A DNA stretch of 64,000 nt from positions 62,001-126,000 of the forward strand of contig CM030338.1 in NCBI GenBank assembly GCA_017654855.1, read 5' to 3'. The DNA is from Podospora anserina (lineage: Eukaryota). Under the pieces are notes generated by a model that did no database searches, had not been told where the DNA came from, and worked only from the letters and a program-made list of their open reading frames with translations. The number at the start of each line of letters is the position of its first letter. Positions within the stretch are counted from its first letter, which is position 1. The position numbers were made by a program, and so were the translations under genes. Positions 36,501 through 51,872 of the stretch are shown in pieces.

Positions 36501-39500
36501 CTTTACTATATATAATTAGTCCGAGGTTATTATAAACTTTATTTAAAAACCTTTATTTATTACTTTTATTTATTGTTTTACCGACCTTACTTATACTCCT
36601 AATAATTAAAGTATTATTTATAAAAAATATATTTAAATTCGGCGTTTTATTTATATTTATAACTTTACTATATATAAAAATATTAATATTTATTATAATA
36701 TTTTTTTTTTATTAAACTATTTTTTAATATTTTAAGATTTCCCCTTTAAATCCTAAATACGTAATTACTTTCCTTTACTTTAAATAATTCCTCCCTAATT
36801 TAATAAAAAAAAAAGGTAAAAAAAAATAATAATTATTTTTTAAAGATATTAATATAAATAAAATTATTATTAATTATATTTTTAAAATATTATTAACCGA
36901 TTCTATTAAATAAATTTTTATCGAATAATTTAATAAATAATTTTTCGGATATTAGTTTTTCGAAATTATTAAATAAGTTTATCGTTTTAAAAATTTATTT
37001 ATTTAAATTACCGAATTATTATAAGTACTACCCCCTTAATTAAATTTAATTTAATATTAATATATTAAATTTAATTATATTAATTTATATAATAAATATA
37101 ATTAAAATTATTACCGGTCTTTCGTAATGTTTTTCGATAGGATTAAAATTAAAGTAATATAATTATATTTCGGTTATATAAAAAGAGAGGACTTTAATTA
37201 GAAATATAGGAATTATTAATATAAGGGTATTTATTATTTATAGTTTAATATTAATAAAAATAACCTTTATTTTAAGGATTTTAATAGTAATAGGTTATTA
37301 AAATTAAATTATAGTACTATAAGTTTAATTTTTAATAATAAGGAAGTCGATTGGGATTAGGAGTGGGAAGAATAGTGGGTTAAGTATAAAGAATTTAAAA
37401 AATAATAAATAAATAAAAAGAAAGAAAAAAAACAAAAATTTTTTTATTTTTTTAAATTAAAGAAAAGAGTATAAAGAGAAAAGTAAATCGGAAAAAGAAA
37501 TAATAAGAAAAAAAAAAAAAAATTAAAAATTTAATATAATAATTTTTACTTTAATTAATTACTTTCTTTAATATCTTTCTTCCCTTTAAAAATAAATAAT
37601 TTTTATAATTTTATTTTTATAATATAAACTTTAGTACCTTTTTAAAGAAAAATAATAATTATAATACTTTTATTATTATTTTTCTTTAATTATTTAAAAA
37701 GTTTTTTAATCTACCCTTCTTTAGAACTATCTTTATATTTTTACTCTTTTTAAATCTTTTCTATACTTTAATATTTTTCCGTTCTATTTAAATTTTTCCT
37801 TTAATTATTATTCTCCTTAATATTTTTTTTACTATTTTTATTTTTTATTTTTATTTTCTACTATATTTACGCTTTCCTTTACTCTATTTTTAAGTATTTA
37901 CTTAATTTTCTTTAGTCTTAACTATATATTTATATCCTCTTTATTTATATATATATTTTTTAATTTAAAAAACTTTTTTACTTTATTTAACGTATAAGAA
38001 GTTTATAATAGTATTTTATTTAGTATTTTTAGGAAGTAATAAGTATTATTTAATTTAATTTTCTTTACTTTAAAAGGGCCGTTTTAGCGGTACTATAGTT
38101 TTTTTATTATACTTATATTTAATTTTTTATTTATTTTATATATTAATATTAAGTCTTTCCTTTTAATTATATTATATTTAAACTTAATACTGCGAATCTC
38201 TTTTTTATTTTTTTTTATTACGGTTTTTTATTTTATTATACTAACCTTTTTAATTATTGAAATTAAATTTATTTTTTAGGATTTTAATAGTTTTACCTTT
38301 ACTTTTATTAAATCTATAATCGTTCTTTCCTTTTAATATCTTTTTAATTTATTAAAATTAATTCTTTTTTATTAAACGATTTTTTATAACGGTACGTTTT
38401 TTTTAATCGGCGTAATAGGGTTAAACTTATATATTAAATAGAAAGTATTATACTTATAAATACCTCGTATTATAGTTTTATTAATAAATAATATATAAAG
38501 GAATTATTATTTTTATTTTTTTTTTATTTTATTTATTATTTTTATTAATATCGATATAATTAAGATATAATTAAATTCCGTTACTTTATTTGCTTTTACG
38601 TTATAAGGTAAAATTATTATTTAAAGAACTTTTAATTTTTTTAAAATTTTAATAGTTTTTTTTTTAAATTTTAATCTACCGTCCACTACTATAATTAAAA
38701 AGTAATCCTATTTAAAGATAATATTGTATAAAATAAAATTCTTAACCCTAAAAGTTTTATTTAAATTTAAGACTTTTGTTTTTAAATACCTAATTAAATT
38801 ATTTTTCGCTTTTAAAAGATAGGCTTTTTCTTTTAAAGCTATTAATAAAAATTAAATATTTAAATATTATTTTATAAATAAAGTAATTAAAAACTTAATA
38901 TATAAATATTAATTTTCTTAATACTTCGGGCTTTATTATTAATATTATTTATATATTTTAATTTAAACTTTAATATTAATGTATATACCTTTTTAATAAT
39001 AATTTTTTATTATTTAAGTATAAATAATTTTCCGTCCTTTATAACCTATTTTATTATAATATATATTAAAAACTTTTTCCCGCTTAATTAAAAGGTTAAT
39101 AATTTTTTTTAAGGGGAAAGCCTCTTTTATTTAATTTAAAAAATAAAACTCCGTTTTCGAAAATTATTTTTAGAGCGTTATTTTTAATAGTTTAAATATT
39201 AAACCTTATTTTAGCTTTTAACTCCGTACTAATCGCGAGGAATTCGGTAATAATATAAAAGTAAAGAAATTATAATTTATTTAAGTAAGGGCTTTACTTA
39301 ATAATATTTTTTTTCTTTTTTTTAATATTTATCCGCTAAATACTTATTTCTTAAATATCGTTTTTCTAGATCTTTACGTTAACTTTATTATTAATATTTA
39401 ACTCTAATTCCTTCTCCTTTAAATTAGAGGGATTAAATAATTTTTTTAATAATACGTTTATTATAAGGTTTTTACTCCTAAAAATATAAATAATTATAAA

Positions 39501-42500
39501 GTCGAAAAGTCTAATCTATTCTAATTATTTTATTATTAAAACGCCGGGAACGTTATTAGCCGCCCCTTAAACTTAATAAACTATTATTTAAATATCCGTT
39601 TCTACTATAAAATATACCCCGAAAAAATACCTTTTAAATTTCCTTAAAATATATAATAATCCTTTTAACTCCCTTTTAATAATATTATACCTTTATTTAG
39701 CCGGGCTTTAAATACTATTTTTAAACTAATAAAGGTACTATTTTCTATTAGGTTTTACTTATTTAATTACCGCTCCCTACTCCGTTAAATCTATATTAAA
39801 AATAATAAAAATTTTACCGAAATAATTATTATTAAACGTTAAAAAAATTAAATATAATATTTTTATAATTAAAAAAGTAAATTACTTTATTATACTTTAT
39901 TAAACTTCCGTTTATTTTTATTTTATATTTTTCTTTATTAAAAAATATAACGGAATTATAATTAAATTAAAAAAAAATACCTATAGCCGATAATAGCTAG
40001 TAATTTTTAAAAAAATACGAATATCCTTAAAACTATAGTAAGTTCGTTATTCCTTTATTTTTATTATTTTTATTTAATTAAGGAAGCGCCCGTCCGGTAT
40101 ATAAGAATAGTTAAAGATAATAGTTTCCCGTTTATATTAAAAGGATTTTATAATTATAATTATAGTTTTTATAAGTTTATAATTAAATAAAATTATATTA
40201 ATATTCTTTAAATACTTTAAAACCTATTTCTTAACTCCTAACCTTTCTTCTTTATTATTATAGTCCTACCTTAACCCTTTTACTATAATATCGTCTAAAT
40301 ATAACCGATATACTTATAAAATAAAATTTTAAAAAACTTTAATTATAGTTTTTTAAAAATAAATTGTTAAATTAGTAGCTCTTTAAAGTAGGATATATAT
40401 CCTAAATAGGCCGATAAATATTGCGAAAGTAATAAAGTTTCGGTTCGTTAAAATTAATTTAATTTAATTGTATTCGGAAAAGAAATTAAGTAAAGAAATA
40501 ATAAAATATTTTATAAAATCCTTATTAAACTCCTTAATATTTAATAAAATAAAGGTATTTCGTTATATAATTTTATTATATTTTTAAATATTATTAATTA
40601 AACGAAAGTTATTATTTTTTTTTATTAAAAATTAATTATTACGGTAAGGACTATACGCTTCTTTAATAATATTTCTTTTAATTTATTCTTTAAAGAGATT
40701 AATAACTTTTTTTACGAATAGCTTTAGGATTAAAATAAACTTATTTTACTATACTTTATAAAAGATAGTCCTAATATATTAAGTAAAGAAAACTTTTTTA
40801 AGGATCTATCTATATTTAGTAAAGTCCTATACTAATATAGTTTCCTTTATAAATAAAATTATTATAAATATTTTAACCTCTTAATTTATTAAAATATTAA
40901 TAATTTATTTAATTAAATCGGTTAAACGTTTTAAAGTAAGGCGTAACCCTTTAATTATTTTAAAAAACTTAGGAACTATAATATTATTAAATTTTAAACT
41001 ATATTATAAAGATTCCTTAATTACTATTTATTTTTTTACTTTTTAATTCGGATTTCTTTTAAAAATACTATTATTTAACTTAATATTATTAACCGGCTTT
41101 ACCTTTTTATTTACCCTCTTATATATTATAATAATAATAATAATATTTATAAACGTTAATTAAGCCTATTTAAAAGTAATAATTAAATTAATCTTTATAT
41201 TATTTTTTTTTTTAAAAGGGGGCGGAGGTAAATAATATTTATATAGTTATATAATAAAAAAATTATATTAATTTAATTAAGTAAGGGATTAATTAAATAT
41301 TTTTAAGTATAAAGATATTATATCGGGCTTAAATAGGGTTATTTTATTAGTCCTTTAATTAGATAGTAGCGATGTTTTTAGTAATAATAACGACGGTATT
41401 AAATATAAACTTATTATAAAGGTCGGTAGTAATAATCGTTTTTTTTTTAAAATTTCGTTTAAAATTAAAGTTTTTATCGTAATTTCTACTTTTCTAAATT
41501 AAAATAAAGATTTTTCTTTCTAATAGTCCCTTATATTTCCCTTTTTTTTTCCTTTTAATTACTAATATTCTTTCTTCTTTTATTTTTAATATTTTTATTT
41601 TTTTATTTTTATAAAAAATAATATTAAACGTTAAATAATAATTTAATAACGATAAATTTAATTTCTTTAAAATAAAATTAAATAAAGAACGTTTAACTCC
41701 TTTATTTAATCCTTTAATTACTTAATTCCTTTCCTTTAGCTTTTCCGTTATTTATTTAAGGATAAATATTTTTTTATTAATTAATCCCTTAAATATTTAT
41801 AAAGGTTAATTAGTAGGAAAGGTATTACTTCGATCCTTATTATTATATTCCGCTTTTATTTTATTAATTACTTTTCTTTTTACTATATAGGCCTTAATTA
41901 ACTTTCCTTTATATAATATATTCGCGTTAATTATATAGCCCTTTATAAAATTAAAAATAAAATTTATATTTATAAAAAACGAAATATTTAATAATAGATT
42001 ATAGAAATCTAAAACTTTAATATTATTAATAACGAAAAAATAATATAAAATTAAAATCCTAATTAATATTATTAAAGTTTAAGTTTTATTTATAAATATA
42101 ACCGGATTTCTATAAAAGCTTTTAAACTATAAATTTATTAATACTATTAATAAATAAAACCTTTTAATTATAACCCTATTAATTAAATTATACTCCGAAC
42201 TTATATTTAATATTATTAATACTTTCTTTAAAGTTAGTAAAACGAAGTTATAATATAATAATAAAACGTTATAGGTTCGAGTAACGGCTCTTAAGAAAGT
42301 TCGTTTATTATTAAAAAGCCGGCTAATAAACGTAAATAGTAAAATCTATAATTATTCTTTTAAATTATTATCCGGTTAGACCTTACTTTTAATAATTTTT
42401 TTTTAGATACCTCCCTCGACTATACTATACTTACTATCCGCTATAATTTTGTATAAAATAAAGATAATTTTCTTTTAATTAAACGGAGGAATTTTATTAT

Positions 42501-45500
42501 ATTTAGCCGTTTAAAAATTCGTTCGAACCGTTAACGGTAAAGCCTCCCCCTTTTATAAAACTTTTCTTTTTCTATCCGGGGTACTTTTAAAAAATCTATG
42601 TTATTTAATTATTTTAATATTCTCGGCTATACTTTTTATATAATTTATTAATTAATAAATAAATATAAGTAAAACCCTATAATATTTTTTTAATATAAAT
42701 TTAATTTAATTATAGGTATATTTTTTAATTTTTTTAGTAATATAATTTTTAAAGTTTTTTATTTTATTATTAAATAACTTTAAGCTACTCCGAACTTTAT
42801 TTCTCTAATCGAATAAAACTCCTTCTTTAATTACCTTTAATTTTTTTTATACGGAGGTAAATACTACTTTTGGATTTTCGGCTAAAGCTAGGTTATTTAT
42901 ATCCTTTTTCAGTAAATCCTTAATCCTTATTCTTTTCGCTCTTTACGCGCCTACCCCCACTTCTACCTCTTAATTATAAATAATTATTAAAATATTATTA
43001 AAATACTTTAAAATATTTTTAAGTAATTACTTTTTTATTAAATAATATTATAAAATATTTTTAATAATATAATTATTAATTAAGTTTTTATTAAACGGTA
43101 TATAAAGTTTAAAGTATTTATAAAATTTATTTAATTTAATATTTATAACCCTAGTTATTTAAATAACTATTTATTTCCTCCCTTTAATTAAAAAGATTTT
43201 AAACTTATATTCCTTACCTTTATAAATTTCTTAATATTTAATTTATTTTATATAAATTTTATAAACCTTATTTAGTTTTAATTTTAACAAAATTATAATA
43301 CGAATTAAATTACTAACCTTCCCTTTATATTACGCTTTCCTTATATCCTTTTAATTAAACTATACTTTTTTATTTTCCGACTATTCCTTTTTACCGATAT
43401 ATACTTTATTTCCTTTAATATAGTATAATCCTTATACCTTATTATACTCCTTTTTTAAATACTTTATTAATTTAACGTAATAATTAATTTTACTATACTA
43501 AAAGTACTTTTTTAGTAAGAGAAGGTTATTACGGTATTACCCCCTTAATTTTTTAAACTAAATTTTAATATTAATAATAAGGAAAATATTAAAAAATAAA
43601 TTTATTTCCTTATTAAGGCTAATATTAAAATCTAAAAAGTAAAGTATTTAGTTTTTTAAATATTAAATATAAATCTTTATTATTCTAAATTTATTATTTT
43701 CCGGTATAGAGAAATTACTATAAATATTCGCCCTTAAATACTATAGTATTATCTCTCTATTTATTATAATATTAACCGCTATATATTAATTAAGTATTTC
43801 GGCCGCCTAATTAAAGGTAGTAAAGGAAAGTATAATAATTAATTTATTTTCCTTATAGATTCTTTTTCCTATATTATATTTATTTTTAATTATATTATTA
43901 ATCTAATCGTTTTAAATAATAAAATTTATAAATTTTAAACGACGTTTAGATCCTCCTCGGTTAATAAAAATTATTTTTATTAATTTAAAAAAATTTATTT
44001 AAAAGCGGTTAATAACCTTAACTTTTATTACCTTTTTTTCCCCGGTCGGTACTCGAAAAAGTAATTTAAAGTAATTAAAAATAATTTTTTTTAATTCGCT
44101 TATACCTTTAGAAATAACCTTAACGTAAAAGTTATTTAACTCCCTATAAATATCTTTATTTTATCGGGGATTATAGATCTTAAAAAAATATTTAAAGCGG
44201 ATAATTAAGATAGGTTAAATATTAGTAAGTATAAGTAAATTTATATATTTATTAATCTATTTTTCTATATTAAAATTATATTAAAATTTAAATTTATAAA
44301 TACGAAAAGTAAATTCTATAATATAATACTTTTTATAAATATTTTCGAAATACTTTAAATATTCCGTAAAGTATTTCCCTTTAAAATTATTTTTAAAATT
44401 AATTTTTTTCGGATTAAGGAATTTATATTAAAAAAAATATATAAGTATTATAAGATAAAGGGTTAAATAATTAAACGTAAGGGACCTTTAAAAATAACGA
44501 TAGTCGGGATAAACTTTTATAAAATATAAATATTTAAATTATTAAAATTAATATACGAATTTAGAAAGAAAAGTGGAATATCCGGTATACCGAATGGGAG
44601 GTATAATATAATTCTAAGTAGTAGGATTTAAGTAGGTACGAAATCTACCTAATACGTTAGGAGCGTTAAGTTTTATAATCGGGCTACTTTAATTAAAAAG
44701 GAAGTGAGGGGTTTTAATATCTTTAAAATAAACGCGGTTTATAACCGAAAAGAAAATAAATAATAATAATTCTAAAGACTTAATTACCGGAATAATTATT
44801 TTTATTATAGAACGAACCGTAAGAGTTTAATACCCTTAATTATTACTAGAAAGGTTAACCGAAATAATAAATAAAATATTATTAAATATATTAATATTTA
44901 ATAATTATTATTATATTTATATTAATAATATAATTTTTTTTTTATATATATTATTAAAAATATAAAAACGGTTATCCTTTATAATTTTAATATATAAATA
45001 TAAATTATATTTATTTAAATTAAAAGGAAAATATTTTCGTTTCCTTACTTTTAGGTTCCCGATATCCTAAATTAAATTAACCTAAAAATCTTTACGATTA
45101 TTTACTATTATTAAATAATATATTAAAAGGATTCCTTTTAATTAAAAATAAGAAAAGATTTTAATAATTAACGCGGAAATAAAGTTTATTAATAAATTAA
45201 TTTTAATTAATATTTTTAATTTATTTCTCGGTCCTATCTGGATTATATATTTAATTTTCTACTCGTAAATAAAAAGTTTAAAGTTTAGTTAATAATAAAA
45301 GAGTTTTATTTAATTAAACGGAGAAAAATCGTTTCCGTTAAACCTTATAGGATTTAATAAAGTTATCGGTATTTATTATTATTTATAACTTCGTACTTCC
45401 TTTAGTACCTAAGGCTTATAAATTTAGTTTAGACCTTAAATTTTATTTAACCCGGGTACGATTTCTATTTAAAATAGTAAAAAAATATATAAAATAATTA

Positions 45501-46323
45501 TAATACTATAAATATACTTTTAATAGGTCTCAGAATAAATATATTTATATAATAGTAATTCGCTCGTAAGCCGCACTTTACATAGGATAAAGAAAAGATA
45601 CTATAGGCTCGTAGGCTATATAATAAGTACCGGATTAGCCTAATTAGAGGGCTAGAATTGCCTACACGCGTGTAAGGTATAAAATACGAAAAAAAGAATA
45701 AAAGTCGATGTCCTGTCTAAAATAGAATGTCCGAAGTAGACCGCTTATATACATGACCCCTGAACCCCTGAGTCCTCTAAAAGCCCCGCTTCCTTACTTA
45801 TACTCTCAGGCCTGTAGCCGCACCCTAAACTAATATATAGTTAGGATTAAGGAAAGTTAAGTAGGTGTTTAGGAATAAAGTAAAGAAAGGTATAAATATA
45901 GTAGAAAATAAGGATAAAAAAAAAATAGTAGAAAAAATATTAAGGAGAATAATAATTAGGGGGAAGATTTAGATAGAACGGAAAAATATTAAAGTATAGA
46001 AGAGATTTAAGAAAGGTAAAAATATAAAGGTGGTCCTAAAGAAGGGTAGATTAAAGGACTTTTTAAGTAATTAGGGGGAAATAATAACGAAAGTATTATA
46101 ATTATTATTTTTCTTTAAAAGGGTATTAAAGTTTATATTATAAAAATAAAGTTATAGGAACTATTTATTTTTAAAAAAAGGAAAGATATTAAAGAAAGTA
46201 ATTAATTAAAATAAAGATTATTATATTAAATTTTTAATTTTTTCTTTTTCTTTTCCTATTATTTTTTTTTCCGATTTACTCCTCTCTTTATACCCCTTCC
46301 TTTAATCTAAAAAAGTAAAAAAC

Positions 46324-46356
<33 letters not shown>

Positions 46357-49300
46357 TTTACTATTTTTTAAACTCTTTATATTTAACCCGCTATTCTTTT
46401 TACTTTTAATTTTAATCGATTTCCTTACTATTAAAAATTAAGTTTACGGTATTACGATTTAACTTTAATAATTTATTATTATTAAAATCTTTAAAGTAAA
46501 GGCTATTTTTATTAATATTAAACTATAAATAATGAATACCTTTATATTAATAGTTTTTATATTTCTAATCGAGGTCCTCTTTTCCTATATAACCGAAATA
46601 TAATTATATTACTTTAATTTTAGTCCTATCGGGGAACGTTACGAAAGACCGGTAATAACTTTAATTATATTTATTATATAAATAAATATAATTAAATTTA
46701 ATATATTAATATTAAACTAAATTTAATTAAGGGGGCGGTACTTATAATAATCCGGTAATTTAAATAAATAAGCCTTTAAAGCGATAAGCCCGCTTAACGA
46801 TTTTAAAGAGTTAGCGCTTAAAGAACTATTTATTAGACTATTCGACGAAAATCCGTTTAACGGAACTAATTAATAACGCTTTAGAAATATAATTAATAAT
46901 AATCTTATCCGTACTAATATTTTTTAAAAATAATTATTATTTTTTCTTACCCCCTTTTTTCGTTGGATTAAGGAGGAACTATTTAAGGTAAAGGGGAATA
47001 GTTATATATTTAGGATTTAGAGGGGAAATTTTAAAGTATTAAAAAGTAGTTTAATAGGGGAGAGAAATATTATAATAAATATTAATATTTTTAAATATAG
47101 TAAAGTCGTAAATGTAGGTAGGACGCCGAACTTAAATATATTTTTTATAAATAACGTTTTAATTATTAAAAGTACGGGTAAAGTTAGTAGGATAATAAAT
47201 AAGGGTAGTAAGTAAAGGTTTTTAAATAAGGTTTATAGCGATTTCGGATTAATTATATATAATAAAGTTAAAGACTCCCTCGATTTAATTAAAAAGTTTT
47301 TTAATAAAAAAAATTATAAATATTTAAATAATAAAGTCGTTAACCGCTTAATTAAATAAAGTAATAGGTTTTTTTAAAGAAAAGGTTATTAAAAGGAAGC
47401 GGTTAATAAATATTAAAAAAAATAAGGAGTAAGCGGAAATAAAGAAAATTAGTATAAATATTTATAATTAAAGGATAAGATAGTATAATTAATTTTATAA
47501 ATTTTTATAAAAAAGAGATTTATTAAAGCGCTCTTTCCTCTTTAAACGGCTTATATAATTATTTAATAATTTTATTTTATAAGTTAAATAAATAATAAAA
47601 AATAAAGATTTACCAAAGAATTTTTTTTTTTTTTATTTTTTATTTTAAAAAAATTCTTTACTTCTTTTTCGATAATCCTTTAATTATAAATTATACTATA
47701 TATTACTTTTTCTTAATTTTTATAAAATAATATTATTAATACTTTTTATAAAATTTATTTATAATATATTATAGGAAAAATTTATTACTATTAAGAAATT
47801 CGGTCCTTTTAATAATTTTATTAAAGAAATTATTCGGAAAGTATATTTTTAAAGTATCGATAGGGTTTATAACTTTGGTCCCCCGCGTAGTATTTTCTGT
47901 TTTTAAAGTAATAATATTCTTTAATTTATTCGTTTTAGCTTTAATTTAATTATTAATTTAAAAGATTATATTATAGGAAGGCGGCCCGATTAAATTAATA
48001 TTATTTTCGTAAAATAATTTTCGATTAATATTATTAAATATTTTTTTTTAATTTAAAAATAATAATTTTCTTTAATCGGATTTATATTTATAGTATTTAT
48101 ATAACTTCCCTTATTTATATTATATATAACTTTTAAAATTAATTAAAGGTTAAATAATAATTTATTAGTTCGGTCCTTACTTACGCTTTTCGGTATTTTC
48201 TTTAAAGAATCTTCGAGCGTTATATATAAATCCCTAAAGAGCTTTTAAACCTTATTATAATAAAATTATTAATATACTTTTTTTTATTTAACAATAATTA
48301 TTATATTTTTAATTAATAATACTAAATCCTTTTTATTTATATTAATAATAAAAACTATTAAGTAATAAATATTTATAATATTATTATTAATATTTTAATT
48401 TATATAGATTCGTCGAAGGATTAAAAAAGGTATTAAATTAATATTATTTTTTACTTAATATTTTATATTCGTTATATTTTTTACTATAGTTTTAACGTAA
48501 AAGTAAAGAAATTAGTTTATAGTAAATAGGGTAGGGCGTAAAAATATAGTTTTTAAGTTTTAAAATATTACTATATTTACTTTTAGGGAGGTATTTCGTA
48601 CGGTAAAAAAAAAGATTTAACAGTAATAAAGATTTAGAGAGAAGATTATTATTATAGAAATTATAAAACTATAAATATTATAGGGAAGAAAATAATAAAG
48701 TTATAAATAGTTTATATAAAAAGGTTTTTAAGTTATAAGTTTAAATAAAAAGTACGTAATAAGAAATAGAGGAGGAGGGGCTTAAAAAATTTAATAAACG
48801 TAAAAGGATTTAACTTACTAAATATCCTTTCGTTTCCTTTTAAATTTCTATTAATTCCTTAATTTACTTTCTTCTTTAATTCTCCGTTAATTTTAATTAT
48901 TATTATTAAAAGAAATAAATATATTATAGGTCTTCTCTTTAATTATAAAGGATTTAAATTAAGTAATATATCGAATAACTTTTAATAATTAAATAAAATA
49001 ATAACCCCCTTTAAGTTCTATACTTTTATAATAATAAATTTATTACTCCTTTTTAAACCTATAATTACCCGTCCCCTTATTTATAATTATTTAAAATCGT
49101 TAATAATATAGTTTTCGCTTAATTATATATTTAATTTTATAGGATAAAAATAAATTTTTAAAGTTTTTTAAAAATAAAGGGAGGAGGTCGTTAGGTTATT
49201 AATTATAAAAGTTCGATAAAGACGGAAGTATATTTTAAAATCCGAGAAGTAAAGGTACTTTTTTTTTTAATTAAGGGAAAATAAATAAAAGAATAATAGG

Positions 49301-49783
49301 ATTATATTATTTTCCTTTTTTTCTATTAAATAATATTTTTTTTTTTTTAATTTATAAAAGATTTTTTTTTATATATATATTTACCTATTAGTTTATAGTA
49401 GTTAAATACGAAGGGAAGTTTAGGTTGGGGTACGGCTATAGGCCTAAAAGTATAAGTAAGGAAGCGGGGCTTTTAGAGGATTTAGGGGTTTAGGGGTTAT
49501 ATATATAAACAGTTTGCTTTAAACATTTTATTTTAAATAGGATATCGACTTTTATTCTTTTCTTCGTATTTTGTGCCTTATACGCGTGCAAGCAATTCTG
49601 GCCCTCTAATTAGGCCAATCCGGTGCTTATTATGTGGCCTGCGAGCCTATAGTGTCTTTTCTTTATCCTACGTAAAGTGCGGCCTGCGAGCGAGTCACTG
49701 TCACGCAGGTGTGTTTATTCTGAGACCTGTTAAGGGTATATTTGTGGTATTATAGTTGTTTTGTATGTTTTCTTACCATTTTA
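30600..49783 (+). mobile_element. Large Ty3/gypsy element, copy D3 (interrupted by D4; lacks ~4.5 kb of pol)
   Basis: LTRs at 30600-30962 and 49421-49783. TSD CTAT/CCAC at 30596-30599 and 49784-49787. Own sequence is only ~7.3 kb. Confidence 0.92.
33982..45832 (-). mobile_element. Large Ty3/gypsy element, copy D4 (uninterrupted, 11851 bp)
   Basis: LTRs at 33982-34344 and 45470-45832, flanked by ATAC/ATAT. Collinear with D1. Confidence 0.94.
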
Positions 49784-49787
49784 CCAC

Positions 49788-51840
49788 TACGGCGCTTACC
49801 CTTCGCCGTACAAGGCATTCGCCCTACTAACGTAACTAAGTATTAATTTAGGCTGCAAGACTCTAGCACGTTCGATTAGGCTATATAGGCCTAGGCTTTC
49901 TAAAGAAAACTACCCTAATTACTAAGGGCATACCTAATTTATAGAAGGTATAGCCTATAGATTTAACCTGTAAAAGCTATGACGCAGCTAAATTACTGCG
50001 TAAACCCTTTAAAAGGCTTATAACGGACCTACTGTATACGCTGAGTCGAATAGAAGGGGATATGTTTGTAATTTGACCCACCCCACTAAATAGCAGGCCT
50101 TACGGGCTTATTTTAGTGGACCGTAAGACTCGGTACAGGCTTGTTAGGCTCCTAAAAACTAAGGACGAAGTCGCTATAGAGGCTCGCTCCGCTATAGAGA
50201 GCCTATACAATATTTATAAGCGGTACCCGGCACAATTCTACTACGACGGGGGCAAGGAAATTCGAAGGCTACTGCCCTACCTTACTGAAAAAGGTATAAC
50301 CTTTAGTAAGTCTAGCCTATACGCCTACCACTAAAACGGCCTAGCCGAGCGCTCTATTCGGGTAATTTTAGAGTGTTTACGGGCTACTATAGTAGCCTCT
50401 AGCTTACCACTTACCCTCTGGTGCTACGTAATTAGCTCTATTGTGGATATTATTAACCGTATAGCTACTTCCACTAAGGAATTTACGCCCCACTAGTTAT
50501 TTTTTATCGAATTGGTGCCCTTATAAGCCCCTTACGTCCCTAACCTCGGACGTTATAGGGCTATAGGCGCTGAAGTTCTAGTACTTACACCGCCTGAAAA
50601 ACGTATTACCGTAAAGAAGCTAGAACCTAAAGCTTCTAAAAGCAAGCTTCTAGCCGTACTAAGCAATAATATTTACTTAATGTGGCTAAGCCACCGGCAA
50701 GTAATTTAAACGCCATTCGTTAAACTATATGAAGATTATAGGCTTTATTTAGAAGGACCTATAGCCTCTATATCGCAACTAAGGCTTCCAGAACTGGAAG
50801 ATATCGAGCCTTCAGAAGGGGAACCCCCTATAATCACAGAAGGGGCACTTACTGCAATAGCACCTCTTAGGCCTATACTTATAGCAATAGCACCTCCAAA
50901 GCTTACTAATATCGAAGTACTACTTCCGCAGGCCTACGATATAAAGGACTTAGGCCCTACTAAGTTCTTTCTCGGGGTCTAAATTAAAAGAAATAGGCGT
51001 AAAAGGCTACTTTAGCTCTACCAAAAAGCTTATATCCAAGAGGCTGTTAAGCACTTCGAAGTTAACACTCACGCACCCGCCTTACCGCTCTCTCCAGGCC
51101 TTATAGGCCCCGAAACTCCCTCTAATCTACTAAATAAGGCCGACACTAAACTATATTAGAGCCTACTAGGCACTACTACCTACCCGATAACCCAAACCCG
51201 GGCCGATATTACCCACTCCGTTCAGTGGCTTTCACGGCACCTACAAGTACCTAAGGTAGCCCACCTAAAAGCAGCTAAAAAGCTACTAAGCTACCTATAT
51301 AGCACGATGGACCTAGCTATATAGTTAGGAGGTACGGGTAGTATTAAGCCTATAGGCTATACCGATAGCGATTTCGCTAGCTATAAAACCACTGCTCGGT
51401 CTACTTACGGCTACTTATTTTTAGTGGGAGGTGGCCCTGTAAGCTGGAAATCTAAACGAGCGCCTACGGTTGCCTACAGCACCCTCGAGGCCGAATATAC
51501 GGCCTTAATCGAAGGTAACCGGGAAGCCCTATGGCTTAAAGGGCTATACAGTGAAATTTAGCGCTCTCTATAGAGCCCTACCCCCCTAAGGTGCGATAAC
51601 CAAGGTGCTATAGAGATAGCCCATAACCCGAAGCACCATAACCGTACCAAGCACACGCTCCTTAAATTCTAGGGCGTTAGGGAGAGCGTTACAGAAGGAA
51701 ATATTACTATATCCTTCGTACCTATAGAGGATATAGTAGCCGACGGCCTAATAAAGGCCCTACTAGCACCTAAGTTCCAGCGCTTTTTAAAGCTAATAAA
51801 CTACCGGAAGCCCAGTACTTATGAGGGCCCTACGGCCTAG
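49788..51840 (+). pseudogene. Copia C GAG-pre-integrase, integrase, RT C-terminus and RNase H
   Basis: L(W)HVRLG(H)IG at ~49861; integrase DRKTRYR...YDGGKE...(Q)NGLAERSIR at 50119-50361; YD(M)KDLGPTKFFLG at ~50935; GYTDSDFA...GGGPVSWKSKR...STLEAEY at ~51355-51500. Confidence 0.93.
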
Positions 51841-51872
51841 TAAGTGGGCACCTAGTACTCCCACAGAAGGGG

